Shown: one piece after another, positions 1-10,083 of the stretch
Position numbering within the stretch: position 1 is the first letter of the stretch
How the letters are laid out: every line of letters begins with the position of its first letter
Origin: Promethearchaeota archaeon
GTDB taxonomy: Archaea; Asgardarchaeota; Lokiarchaeia; Sigyniarchaeales; SOKP01
Length of the DNA: 53,144 nucleotides
NCBI GenBank assembly: GCA_019894975.1
Contig: JAGXNO010000024.1
Span: 1-53,144, forward strand
Reading direction: 5' to 3'
Program-made: the position numbers and the translations under genes
The notes under the pieces: generated by a model
The model's input: only the letters and a program-made list of their open reading frames with translations
Databases searched by the model: none
Told to the model about the DNA's origin: nothing

Positions 1-544
1 AGGTATAACTTATCCAGATAATAACGGAGGATTCCTAAAAATATTTGGTTCAAATATCAAGAAGTACAACATGAAAAAGTTATGTAATCATCGTAAGCAC
101 AAAATTGGTTTTGTATTTCAGTTTTACAACTTATTTCCCGCACTCACTGCAATTGAAAATGTGGCGATTTCAATTGAACTATTAAATAAGAAGAAAAAGC
201 TGCACCTTTATAACATCGCCACAGAATATCTAGAAATGGTAGGGTTAGGTGATAGATTGCATCACTATCCTTATCAGCTTAGCGGTGGAGAGCAACAAAG
301 GGTTGCTATCGCAAGAGCTTTAGCTAAAATTCCCTTTATAGGTAAGGAATTTATCCTTTTATGTGACGAGCCAACAGGTAATTTAGATACCGGTACAGGA
401 GAAAAAATAGTTGATTTGATAATGAAACTTAATGAAGAGGAAGATATAACGTGTGTTATAGTTTCTCATAATCCACAGATAGCAGAAAAGTTTGCATCTA
501 AAATTGTTAGAATTGAGAATGGTATGATAGACCAGAACAGTTAA
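1..544 (+). CDS. ABC transporter ATP-binding protein (LolD/MacB family), 5'-truncated by the window edge
   Basis: [11 protein letters not shown]-loop, [15 protein letters not shown] signature, [11 protein letters not shown] Walker B, VSH H-loop. The frame stays open upstream of the ATG at 71 and Walker A is missing, so the true start lies before base 1. Confidence 0.93.
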   Translation, partial: GITYPDNNGGFLKIFGSNIKKYNMKKLCNHRKHKIGFVFQFYNLFPALTAIENVAISIELLNKKKKLHLYNIATEYLEMVGLGDRLHHYPYQLSGGEQQRVAIARALAKIPFIGKEFILLCDEPTGNLDTGTGEKIVDLIMKLNEEEDITCVIVSHNPQIAEKFASKIVRIENGMIDQNS

Positions 545-548
545 ATCG

Positions 549-3047
549 TTGACACAGATGAGGATTTTTCATAAAAAAGCGTTAAAAGATTTCAAAAAAT
601 TCGGTTGGAGAAGCTACTTAATAATTTTTATTTTAGTTTTGTCCATTGGGGGAAGTTTAGGATTCATTTATGTTTTATTAGCTGCCGATCCTTGGATGGA
701 TTCCTATTTTGATAATGTTAACCATGCTGATTATGTCTATCAGTTAGAAGAAAATGCTTGGATAAACCAAACTGAGTTAGATGGGTTAAATGATCTAGAT
801 GAAGTAGAATATTATACGGGGAGACTTTTTTGGAGATGTTCATTAAAATTGGAGGATCATAATGAAATGAAGTATATACTTCTTGTAGGGTTAGATCCTT
901 CAATAGAATTACCAAAAGTGTTTAATTATACAATTGAATCTGGATATAACTTCAATAATAATGGTAATAATTTGAGTTTAGTAATAGATAGTGATTTTGC
1001 AGCAAGAAATTCCTTAGATAGGGGAGATATCTTGACTCTCAGCGGTTTGAATGAGGCAAAATTGAATGTATCCGGTTTTTGTAATGCACCTGAGTTTTTA
1101 ACGTTAACTTCAAATCCTGAATATTCAATCCCAATTCAGGGATCAATTGCGATAGGATATCTCTCAAAAGACACCTTAAAAAACTACTTAGTTCAATATT
1201 TTGAAGGATTAAACGCTACTTCACCGGATGATTTAACTCCATCTATAGAATATTATCAAAAAACAGATTACAATAATATTGCTGTTACATTTGAAGATTT
1301 GATTGAAATTAGTGATGGAAATAATGCTGTAAAGGCTTACTTAGAAGGTAATTTAAGCATTAATATTGAAACTGCAGAAAAATTTGAAGAAATGAGAGTT
1401 TATGATAGATTTCATGGGAGTATACAAGACGCGAAGAAGTTCACAACGATTATTTTAATATTTATGCTACTTATGGGTTTGTTTATCACTTATGTTATTT
1501 TTAATAGATATGTTTATAACCAAAAACAACAAATAGGTACGCTTATGACTTTCGGTTATAAGAAGTCTGATATTACGAAGTATTTTCTCAACATTTTTAT
1601 ATTAATATCCGTAATAACAATACCTCTTTCATTATTAATTGGATACACCATGGGGTGGGCTATTCTGGGAGTTATAGTCTCAAATTTAGCGAATCTTCCT
1701 GTGAATAACCTTGATTTTATGTTTTTACCTGAAATTGTTTATATTGGACTGAGTTTAGGATTTTTTATAACATTCGCAAGTCTTTTTATTCCTGTAATTA
1801 GCATCAAAAAGATGAACACCGCAGATTTGGTTTATGGTCAATCTAAAGCTAAAGTTTCGATATTAAGACTAAAAAAATCATTAAAACCTAAAAAAAGAGT
1901 ATTTTATAATCTAATTTACAGAAATCTTCTCCGAAACAAAAAGAGATTACTTTTTACAACAGTAGCGATGACATTTTCTTTATTGATAATCTCAGCAACT
2001 CAAACTATAGTTGATAGTATGAATTATAATGTCGGGAGAGTGTTTAAGTCAGATAATGACGATACTCAAGCAAACGAAATTTGGGATTTGAATGTTGACT
2101 TTCAAAATAGTGTAAATATGAGTTATTTTAATAATACAGTCGACCAATTATCGGAAATTAATGGTATTAATGAGTCTCAGATCTATGTAAAGGGATTGAT
2201 CACTGCTAAAGGAGAAGAAGATCAAATGTTTTTATTAAATGGTTTTAATGCTGAGAATACTAGAATGCATTCTTTTACCTGGGCAGGAGATCAAAATTCA
2301 ATTCCCATACATGAAGATGAAATAGTTATTTCACGCCAACACTCATTAAGGCTAAATAAAAAAGTAGGAGATAACTTAACAATTACTAGCTCTACTAATG
2401 ATAATTACACGATGAAAATTGTAGGAATCCATTTTGAATTAATAAGTTCAGGATATGTTTCCCTGGGTGGTGGTCGAGAAATTCTTCATAATGGCGAAGA
2501 AATGGTAGATGGGGTATATATTCTACTTGAAAGTAGTGTAGATAAGGAATATTGTATTAACTCTATTTACAATTTAGATAATATTGAAATTGTTCTCGAT
2601 TGTGAGGTAATGGCAAATAAATTGGCAGAATTTTACGAGGATTTTGTACCTCTCATGCTAATTGTTGTGGTATATGGTCTGATTGTCTCTTTCTTCATTA
2701 TTTTTTATAACTCTGTTATGAATATCTATGATAAAAACTATGAATATGGGATATTGAGATCATTGGGTTTTGAGAGAAGAAGAAATTTTAGTCTAATACT
2801 AGGTGAGAATATGATACAAGGGCTTATTGCGATAATTTTGGCATTAATATTCACGTATCCCTTAAGTCTTCCTCTTGCCGCTATTTTTCAGGGAGATGGA
2901 CCATTTAAAGTAATAATAGGTCAAAATGCTATTATATATATAATCATTCCACCACTGATCCTAATATTTTTGGGCTCATTTATTAGTTTAAAGACTATTT
3001 ATAAAACTAATCTTTATGAACAAGTCCAGACAAGATTTATAGGATGA
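549..3047 (+). CDS. ABC transporter permease, duplicated FtsX/MacB-type
   Basis: Two repeats of TM + large extracellular domain + 3 TM, with QIGTLMTFGY and EYGILRSLGF motifs; 4 bp downstream of the ATPase; TTG start. Confidence 0.9.
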   Translation: MTQMRIFHKKALKDFKKFGWRSYLIIFILVLSIGGSLGFIYVLLAADPWMDSYFDNVNHADYVYQLEENAWINQTELDGLNDLDEVEYYTGRLFWRCSLKLEDHNEMKYILLVGLDPSIELPKVFNYTIESGYNFNNNGNNLSLVIDSDFAARNSLDRGDILTLSGLNEAKLNVSGFCNAPEFLTLTSNPEYSIPIQGSIAIGYLSKDTLKNYLVQYFEGLNATSPDDLTPSIEYYQKTDYNNIAVTFEDLIEISDGNNAVKAYLEGNLSINIETAEKFEEMRVYDRFHGSIQDAKKFTTIILIFMLLMGLFITYVIFNRYVYNQKQQIGTLMTFGYKKSDITKYFLNIFILISVITIPLSLLIGYTMGWAILGVIVSNLANLPVNNLDFMFLPEIVYIGLSLGFFITFASLFIPVISIKKMNTADLVYGQSKAKVSILRLKKSLKPKKRVFYNLIYRNLLRNKKRLLFTTVAMTFSLLIISATQTIVDSMNYNVGRVFKSDNDDTQANEIWDLNVDFQNSVNMSYFNNTVDQLSEINGINESQIYVKGLITAKGEEDQMFLLNGFNAENTRMHSFTWAGDQNSIPIHEDEIVISRQHSLRLNKKVGDNLTITSSTNDNYTMKIVGIHFELISSGYVSLGGGREILHNGEEMVDGVYILLESSVDKEYCINSIYNLDNIEIVLDCEVMANKLAEFYEDFVPLMLIVVVYGLIVSFFIIFYNSVMNIYDKNYEYGILRSLGFERRRNFSLILGENMIQGLIAIILALIFTYPLSLPLAAIFQGDGPFKVIIGQNAIIYIIIPPLILIFLGSFISLKTIYKTNLYEQVQTRFIG

Positions 3048-3059
3048 AAAAAAGAGCTT

Positions 3060-4118
3060 TTATTCCTCTTCGAGTTTTAAAATTACCTTCATGGATTCTT
3101 TTGCTTCATAGACAACTTTGAATGCTTCCTGAGCTTTAGATAATGGGAATCTATGAGTGATTAAGTCTATAACTTTGATTCTTTTTGAGAGAATCCAATT
3201 ATATGCCTCATCAAGATCTTGAGGTGCGGCACCATAAGAGGTCATGATGGTGATTTCATTCCTCCAATATTTATTAATAGGAACCTCAAGATTAACACCG
3301 GGTTCGGGAACAGCAAAAAAGATGATTCTACCACCCGAAGCTGCACAGTCTAAGGCTTGTTGTGCTGCTGATATAGCACCAGTACATACAATTACAATAT
3401 CAGCTAACCTATACTTATTTAACTCTTTAATCTCTTTTTGAAGATCCTCTTTAGCATGAAATACGGCGTCTGCTCCGAATTCTTTTGCTTTCTGCAATCT
3501 ATATTCATTAATATCTGTTGCAAAAACATTTTTTGCCCCCCTAAGCTTCGCTAATTTTATATGTAATAAACCTGATGTGCCACAACCTAGCACCAAAACA
3601 GTTGATCCTTTCTTAACACTTGCCAATCTTTGAGCACGACAAACGCAGCCAAGAGGTTCTATAAAAACTGCTTCTTCATATGATACACTTTTATCTAAAA
3701 CATATACTCCTTTTTTTTCAATATTAATTTTTGGGATTCGTACAAATTCAGCAAAACCACCAGGATCAAAATTAGTATTATGGAGTAAATCACAAGCAGT
3801 TTGATGTCCTTGCTTACAATAATGGCAATCAAAACAAGGAACATGATGAGAAACAAATACTCGGTCTCCAACTTTTAAATGTTTAACTGTTTCATTTTTC
3901 TCAACTATATCTCCTGCTATTTCGTGGCCTAAAATTAAAGAATCCACACCTAATTTCTTCATTTTGGCAAATCTATAATATTCTAGTACGTCAGAACCAC
4001 AAATGCCTGACTCTTTTACTTTTACTAAAATTTCTCCTTCTCCAATTATAGGTTTTGGAATTTCATCTTCTTTAATGTCTTTATTACTATAATATCGTGC
4101 GACTTTCAACAATTTCAC
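3060..4118 (-). CDS. Zn-dependent medium-chain alcohol/polyol dehydrogenase
   Basis: GICGSD, GHEIAG, structural Zn CxxCxxC(x7)C, GCGTSG Rossmann motif. Confidence 0.93.
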   Translation of the reverse strand: MKLLKVARYYSNKDIKEDEIPKPIIGEGEILVKVKESGICGSDVLEYYRFAKMKKLGVDSLILGHEIAGDIVEKNETVKHLKVGDRVFVSHHVPCFDCHYCKQGHQTACDLLHNTNFDPGGFAEFVRIPKINIEKKGVYVLDKSVSYEEAVFIEPLGCVCRAQRLASVKKGSTVLVLGCGTSGLLHIKLAKLRGAKNVFATDINEYRLQKAKEFGADAVFHAKEDLQKEIKELNKYRLADIVIVCTGAISAAQQALDCAASGGRIIFFAVPEPGVNLEVPINKYWRNEITIMTSYGAAPQDLDEAYNWILSKRIKVIDLITHRFPLSKAQEAFKVVYEAKESMKVILKLEEE

Positions 4119-5056
4119 TTCAATTTTAATATTTTATTTAACTCTTCTTCTGTAACATTTAATAACGCCACATCAGGGAGTCTTTCTGTTAGTGTACGCC
4201 AATTGTAATCTTTTTTGAAGATTTCTTTAAATAAAGGTAATGCAGTCTCAAGTTTTTTATTGTTAGCTAAAGAGATAGCTGTCCAATATTTCATTTCAAG
4301 ATTGTCAGGGACCATTTCACTTGCTTTGTTGTATACATCCAAAGCGTTTTCCATATCACCTTTTTCCATAGCAACGTCTCCCTTATCCATATTCTCGTAA
4401 GCCCTCCAGAGTTTCAATAATCTAGCTAGTTCTTCTAGGGGTTCATTATGATCCTCAACTCTAATATCAATAAAGGGATCATCCCATTTATTTTCAACTT
4501 GTTCACCTTTCACGATTAAGATGGCTGCTGATTGTTTACCTCTGATATCTCCTCCTTCTGCTTCAGCGGCTTCTAAAGTTTTTACTATCCTTTCAGGTAA
4601 AGGTAAAATTTTATTTTTTTCAAATGCTTTTGCCATAGCAGACCAAACCTTATCAGTTAGCATCATATTTGCTTGGACTGAAAAATTATCCCCTTTTACG
4701 TGACCTGCATCTTTTATACACTTTGATCCCGTATGAACAGCGACTCTACCATTACAATCTAATAATGCTACTTGTCTTACATCCTTTCCTTCATCATCAG
4801 AAAGTAATATATTTAATGCTTCTTCTGGAGATTTACCTTGTTCCATTAAATCAAGCCCTCTCAATCCAAAAGACTTATTTACAAATGATTGTGTGGCTAC
4901 TACACCCACTCCGGAACGCCCCCAATCCACAACAGAGCCTACTGAAAAATAATGACTTTGGACTCCTACACCCATCTCTCCAGTTTTTGAATCTCTGGCA
5001 ACAATAGAATAAGTATTAACTAGTGGAAAACTTCTGCAATATTTTGAAATTTTCAT
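4115..5056 (-). CDS. DUF1028 (Ntn-hydrolase-like) protein with C-terminal TPR
   Basis: TYSIVARD...GVGVQS, VATQS, GGDIRGKQSAA, DIRVEDH motifs; helical TPR-like tail. Confidence 0.88.
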   Translation of the reverse strand: MKISKYCRSFPLVNTYSIVARDSKTGEMGVGVQSHYFSVGSVVDWGRSGVGVVATQSFVNKSFGLRGLDLMEQGKSPEEALNILLSDDEGKDVRQVALLDCNGRVAVHTGSKCIKDAGHVKGDNFSVQANMMLTDKVWSAMAKAFEKNKILPLPERIVKTLEAAEAEGGDIRGKQSAAILIVKGEQVENKWDDPFIDIRVEDHNEPLEELARLLKLWRAYENMDKGDVAMEKGDMENALDVYNKASEMVPDNLEMKYWTAISLANNKKLETALPLFKEIFKKDYNWRTLTERLPDVALLNVTEEELNKILKLK

Positions 5057-5170
5057 AATTTTATACTTACCCCATTCTTATTAAAGTATTCTTAAGGATG
5101 ATTTTATTGATTCTAAATTAAGAATGAGAATTATATAAAAAATAAATATGAGTCAAATTAATATTAAATC

Positions 5171-5809
5171 TTATTTCGATTTACGCCGAGTTAACAATTT
5201 AAATGCTATATCCGTACCCATTCCTTGATTGTATGCTAATTCAATCCAAAGCATGGCAAGAGGTTCGGTTAACCTAGCATTTTTAAGTGTGCCCACATCA
5301 ATAACATCAAAGCCGAGATCAATCCCTAATTGTTTTACTATCGATTTTGCTTCTAGATCATCTCCGCAGATAAATGTAGATGCTTTCTGTGTTCCAAACT
5401 CTAGTTTACTCAAACTTTCAGAACCAAGGGTATGAAAAGCCTTAATCACTTTTGCTCCTTCGGCCCAATTTGCGATTTCTTCTACTGCAGATGTTGTGTG
5501 TCCGACCAATAATCCTCCTAAATGAGGTGCTACAGCATTGGTACAATCAATTAAGATCTTTCCATTCAGATCACCTGCAGCTTCGATAGACTCCTTTGCT
5601 GATGACCATGGAACTGCAAGAACTACAACATCACCAAATTCAGCTGCTTCTGCATAAGTACCTCCTGATGCCTTTGGCCCAAAAGATTTAGCTAATTTTA
5701 ATACATTAACAGGATCTCGAGAACCGAACATTATTTCATGATTTATATTGAGCCATATCTGTCCTAAAGCTCTTCCCATATTACCTGTCCCAATTATTCC
5801 GATCTTCAA
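5171..5809 (-). CDS. NADPH-dependent F420 reductase-like oxidoreductase
   Basis: IGTGNMG, GSRD, VVLAVPW, IDCTN, VIKAFHT, ICGDD motifs of the F420_oxidored family; TTG start. Confidence 0.88.
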   Translation of the reverse strand: MKIGIIGTGNMGRALGQIWLNINHEIMFGSRDPVNVLKLAKSFGPKASGGTYAEAAEFGDVVVLAVPWSSAKESIEAAGDLNGKILIDCTNAVAPHLGGLLVGHTTSAVEEIANWAEGAKVIKAFHTLGSESLSKLEFGTQKASTFICGDDLEAKSIVKQLGIDLGFDVIDVGTLKNARLTEPLAMLWIELAYNQGMGTDIAFKLLTRRKSK

Positions 5810-5956
5810 TTTTAGTAATCATCCTCTCAATAGAGTTACTTCATTCTAAGTCTAATCTTAAACCTTAAAATTAATTTAAAAGAATAATTTTGAATGATTA
5901 GGTTTAATTGAAAATATAATAGTTGAGTATTTATATCTTGAGCTCTGATATTTAAA

Positions 5957-6547
5957 CTATTCATTAACTAAAACTGTAAGTATCTTAATAATTCGAGAGG
6001 GATTAACAATTCCACATACGCAAGGTCTTGTTAATTTTTGTGCCGCCTTTTCAATAGATATCTTTCCTTTTTTTATTAATTCCACGTAATTAGTAATTGA
6101 TTGAGGGGAGACCGTGTGATGACCACACATCGTTGTTATTTCGAGTATTTCTTTTTTTGGTAATAATTCTTTTCTGCCAAAATTTCCACCTAAAGAGAAG
6201 TGAACTGTATGAATATCTAATTTGAGATCTTTAAGAATATTTTCAATCTCAGAGATTAATCCACTAACTACAATTGAAATTCCAAGGTCTTCCTTTTTAA
6301 GCTCTTGAATTACCTCTTTCACTGTATCAATATTATTAAAAGCAGCAGTAATAGTAGAAGACGTTTTCCAGCCAAATTCGGGCATAATATTTGTTGGTTT
6401 ATGTTTGTTCATAATTTTTGCTATTTTTATTAGCTTTTGGCGCGAATCGTCATAATTATCATTGATTCCTCTTGCAAACATAGCTAATAAAACAAAATCT
6501 TCTTTTAAATCCTTCAAATTCCCTATTCTGTGTAATGTATGAGTCAA
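5957..6547 (-). CDS. Conserved hypothetical Cys/His-rich protein, partner of the adjacent ferredoxin-domain protein
   Basis: N-terminal THTLHR and C-terminal TTMCGH...PCVCGIVNP; co-oriented 21 bp after 6569-7270. Confidence 0.7.
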   Translation of the reverse strand: MTHTLHRIGNLKDLKEDFVLLAMFARGINDNYDDSRQKLIKIAKIMNKHKPTNIMPEFGWKTSSTITAAFNNIDTVKEVIQELKKEDLGISIVVSGLISEIENILKDLKLDIHTVHFSLGGNFGRKELLPKKEILEITTMCGHHTVSPQSITNYVELIKKGKISIEKAAQKLTRPCVCGIVNPSRIIKILTVLVNE

Positions 6548-6568
6548 AGTTTTTACACCTCTTTAATC

Positions 6569-7270
6569 TTATGGTCTGCCCAAACCAATATTTATTTTCG
6601 CATTCGGTCTTACCTCGAACCCTAAATCGGACAGGAGATTTATTACCTCATCAGTATTATTTTCTTTTATTCTTGAAACAATCCCAACAGAAAAGACAGT
6701 ATCGATTTCATCCTCTACCTCCCTTACTACTTCTAAAATGCGAGGTAATTTCTCAGTAGGGATTTTAAATTCTATAATCGCTGACAAAACTCTTTCATCC
6801 TTTATTTCTTCATTAATATGCCCTCTGTCATCAACAATTAGTGCTGTAACTGGACTTTTATCCTCATATATTACTCCAATTTCCGCAAATTTTGTCGTGA
6901 ATAATTCAATATTTCGAAGTTTGGTCCCTACTCCGGGACGTCCTAGCTCAATGGACACACCAAATTCTCCAGATTTATAGCGATTAGTTACATCATTAGT
7001 TTTCATCTCTTCAGTTCCTCTACCCGCTACACCTGTTATTTTGTGAGTAGTAGTTACGTTGCTGAAAGGAATTCGAAGTTTTCTTGGCCAGTTTAACTTT
7101 TTCATTCTAATCGCATTGACAGGGCAATTAGCGTTCCTATAACATACTGAACATTCTACGCAAAATTCTTCATCTATGACCGCTTTTTTTCCAACCATTT
7201 TAATTGCTTTAACAGGACAAATAATTATGCATTGTCCGCAACCATTACAAACATCAGCTTTAATTTCCAT
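6569..7270 (-). CDS. 2x[4Fe-4S] ferredoxin-domain protein with uncharacterised C-terminal domain
   Basis: CNGCGQCIIICP and CVECSVC(x5)CP motifs followed by GRGTEEMKTNDVT and ELGRPGVG. Confidence 0.85.
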   Translation of the reverse strand: MEIKADVCNGCGQCIIICPVKAIKMVGKKAVIDEEFCVECSVCYRNANCPVNAIRMKKLNWPRKLRIPFSNVTTTHKITGVAGRGTEEMKTNDVTNRYKSGEFGVSIELGRPGVGTKLRNIELFTTKFAEIGVIYEDKSPVTALIVDDRGHINEEIKDERVLSAIIEFKIPTEKLPRILEVVREVEDEIDTVFSVGIVSRIKENNTDEVINLLSDLGFEVRPNAKINIGLGRP

Positions 7271-7371
7271 ATAATCTTTACCTGTATATATTTAAATATT
7301 ATTGAGTAAAATTAGGTTGTTTTATTATTTAAAAGAATAAATTCAAAGATAATTAAAAAAAGAAATTAATT

Positions 7372-7587
7372 TTATTGGTTAAGTATGTTTTTTTTACTAC
7401 GGATAAGTATTTTGAAACTCTCATCTTCAAGATCGTTATACATTTTGAGCTCCTTCGAAAGGAAATCACCCAAAGCGATCCTTATCGCTTCACTTCGGGA
7501 AGCGTAAATTCCCATATCATTTAAAACCTGAATTGCTTGCAAATATTTTTCTGGTAAATTTATTGTTATAATCTTCATAATTTTCAA
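7372..7587 (-). CDS. Ribbon-helix-helix (CopG/Arc/MetJ) transcriptional regulator
   Basis: [11 protein letters not shown]...[17 protein letters not shown] pattern. Confidence 0.88.
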   Translation of the reverse strand: MKIMKIITINLPEKYLQAIQVLNDMGIYASRSEAIRIALGDFLSKELKMYNDLEDESFKILIRSKKNILNQ

Positions 7588-7729
7588 CCCTTTAGACCCG
7601 GAATTAGAATATATTATTTTGAATTGGTTTAATATTTTATATATTTTGTCGGATGGTTTATAAATTCGTTATATTAATCCTTTAATTGTATTAACCGTTT
7701 AAGATCTAACGAATATAGGATTTTCAAAT

Positions 7730-7749
7730 TTGTCATATATTTATGACAA
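7730..7749. promoter_or_regulatory. Perfect 8-bp inverted repeat TTGTCATA-N4-TATGACAA, possible operator
   Basis: Seen directly in the intergenic region about 145 bp upstream of the RHH gene. Confidence 0.4.
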
Positions 7750-7830
7750 TATTAACGCAATAATAAGACTAAATTATTATTTAGGGTTTAAAATCCAGAC
7801 GGGATAAACAAAAAGTTGAAAAATAATAAG

Positions 7831-8589
7831 TTATGGTTTATTAAAGGATTTAAGGTGTAATAGCGTTGAATACGCAGATTTGTAAATATCAGCATGACTG
7901 ACGCCTTTAATATCCTTAAGATATTTTATGATAAAATCCTCTTCCCGCTTAATGTAAGTAATCCCTTTTGTTTTATGTTCCTTATCAATGAATATATCAA
8001 TTTTTAATACTTTTTGATCAGTATTACTTGGCATCTCTGGCATCATATTAAAAGTAAATAGTAAATCGGGATCTTGGTCATTATTTGCATTAAGAACAAA
8101 CAGTAAATTAGGTTCTGCTACTGCCATAAAACTTTCCAATGAATGAAATAGATCATCGACTTTTATCGTTATTTTTGAATTATTTGCCCCATTGCACGTG
8201 GTGCAGTCACTAATCATTGGAAGTAAAAATTTCTCTTTTCCACGAAAAGCTAGACTCATTTCGTTTGAATTTAAAAATTGTTTGATTACAGGATCATCTT
8301 TTTCTATGATAAAATTCTCAGAAATCGGGTCACTTTTAACGTATATTATTAATGAGCCTGATGAAATAAGGTTTATTTTTTGATAATAGATTTTAAGAAT
8401 AGGATTATATGGTAAACTGATTACCTCCTTATTACCCCCCAAGCCCATTTGAGCTAATATATTCGTGGATACTTGACTGGTTAGTGTAAATAATAGAAAG
8501 GTTCTAAAATCAGGTAATTCGATAAAATTAGAAAAATCTTCAAATTGTTTCTGTACAAATTCAACTTTCTGTTTTAATTCTTCTGACAT
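7831..8589 (-). CDS. Hypothetical protein
   Basis: 252-aa ORF, ATG start, one CTTC motif, no family recognised. Confidence 0.75.
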   Translation of the reverse strand: MSEELKQKVEFVQKQFEDFSNFIELPDFRTFLLFTLTSQVSTNILAQMGLGGNKEVISLPYNPILKIYYQKINLISSGSLIIYVKSDPISENFIIEKDDPVIKQFLNSNEMSLAFRGKEKFLLPMISDCTTCNGANNSKITIKVDDLFHSLESFMAVAEPNLLFVLNANNDQDPDLLFTFNMMPEMPSNTDQKVLKIDIFIDKEHKTKGITYIKREEDFIIKYLKDIKGVSHADIYKSAYSTLLHLKSFNKP

Positions 8590-8654
8590 CTTAATTCATA
8601 ATGAAAGAATTTATTAAGTTAGTTGTTTCAAGGAATAATGGATACTAATTAAAT

Positions 8655-9077
8655 TTATCCATCTAAGTATTTTGAGAGGAATTCTTCCAATGAATTTTTA
8701 ACATCGTGTGTAATATGATGCTCTATCTCGCAAGACAAATTTTCTATAACATCTTTATCTTCGATTTTTAACACTTTAGCAAAAAATTGGTATAACAAAC
8801 CATGGGCTTCATCTAATTGTTTAGCAATTCTTTTCCCTTTATCAGTTAGTCTTATGGATTTTCTTGGTTCCCATCTAATTAAACCTTTTTTTTTCAATTT
8901 CTCTAACATTCCACTTACAGAAGGAGGTTCTATTTTCAAGCTTTCTGCGATCTCTTTGTTGGTGACCCATCCACCTTTCTTTTTTCTCGAAATATTGTAA
9001 ATTTCATCTAAATACCTCTGGTAACTCTCAGGTATTTCTGTTATTTCTGAATTTTCTTGACTACTTCTCTTGGCCAT
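8655..9077 (-). CDS. DtxR/MntR-family metal-dependent transcriptional regulator
   Basis: YLDEIY...EIAESLKIEPPSVSGMLEKL wHTH, LTDKG, CEIEHHI metal-site motif. Confidence 0.92.
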   Translation of the reverse strand: MAKRSSQENSEITEIPESYQRYLDEIYNISRKKKGGWVTNKEIAESLKIEPPSVSGMLEKLKKKGLIRWEPRKSIRLTDKGKRIAKQLDEAHGLLYQFFAKVLKIEDKDVIENLSCEIEHHITHDVKNSLEEFLSKYLDG

Positions 9078-9237
9078 TTTTAAATTAGAATTTTTTGATA
9101 ATCGATAAAAATATTCTTTTCTAGTAAGATTGATAACACCAATTATACTTTAATTTTTTTTGTTTTATGAATGAAAAATTATTATTAGAGACTATAAATT
9201 CAAACCTAGCTTTATAATAATAAGTAATTTCTTATGA

Positions 9238-9816
9238 ATGAGAGGATTAAAAGTGAAAGATTTCCAAGGGACATTGTTTTTAATTATAGGTAACTCTGGG
9301 TCTGGCAAGGATTCAATAATTTCTGGAGTAATTGATAAATATCCTTCAAACCTAAAAAAGATTCATGCACCTAAAAGGTATATTACTAGAAAACCTTCAG
9401 AATTTGAAAAAAATCTAACAATCTCATCAGAAAGTTTTAAAGAAATGGAAGAGCAAGGGAAATTTGCATTAAGTTGGCAAATCTACGGTTTGAACTATGG
9501 CATACCAATAGAAATAGAAGATTATCTTGAAAAAGGACATCCTGTAATTATTAATGTTAGCCGAACTATAATAAAACAAGCAAGAAATAGGTACAAGAAT
9601 ATCAAGGTTGTTTTCATAGAAGTTCCTCTTGAAATCACCCTGCAACGCATAAAAAATAGAAAAAGAGAAAGTGAAGAGCTGTTAAAAGAGAGAATAGAGC
9701 GGGCACGAAAAAATCAGAAGTTTCCTGAAGCCGATTTGACCATAGATAATTCAGGAAAATTAGAAGATGCAATTAACAAATTCTTCACATATCTTATTAA
9801 TTTTATAAAAAAATAA
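9238..9816 (+). CDS. phnN: Ribose 1,5-bisphosphate phosphokinase PhnN / guanylate-kinase-like
   Basis: GNSGSGKDS P-loop, RYITR, FALSWQIYGLNYGIP, INVSR, IDNSG. Confidence 0.8.
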   Translation: MRGLKVKDFQGTLFLIIGNSGSGKDSIISGVIDKYPSNLKKIHAPKRYITRKPSEFEKNLTISSESFKEMEEQGKFALSWQIYGLNYGIPIEIEDYLEKGHPVIINVSRTIIKQARNRYKNIKVVFIEVPLEITLQRIKNRKRESEELLKERIERARKNQKFPEADLTIDNSGKLEDAINKFFTYLINFIKK

Positions 9817-9907
9817 ATAAAAAATCTTGAAGTATTGAATAAAACTTTTTTAGCAATAATCATTATATTGGGGAAGAAACAAACAAAATTCTAGATGGCT
9901 TAGAAAA

Positions 9908-10042
9908 GGCTCTCGTAGTATAGAAAAAATTGATAACCGAACAATTTTTGTACAATGGTTAGTATTGGGGACTGTGAATATTTGCAGAATGTTCTGCTTT
10001 AATAGTCATCCCTAGGGGGGGGTTCGATTCCCCCCGAGAGCC
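9908..10042 (+). tRNA. tRNA-His(GTG) with encoded G-1 and two introns (9924-9955 at 15/16; 9978-10007 at 37/38)
   Basis: Acceptor G-GCTCTCG/CGAGAGC-C, anticodon stem GGGGA/TCCCT with CT-GTG-A, T arm GGGGG-TTCGATT-CCCCC. Removing the two BHB-flanked inserts gives a normal cloverleaf. Confidence 0.9.
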
Positions 10043-10083
10043 CTCCACCTTTAAAACCAACTGGTATAAGACTATGTAAAACA

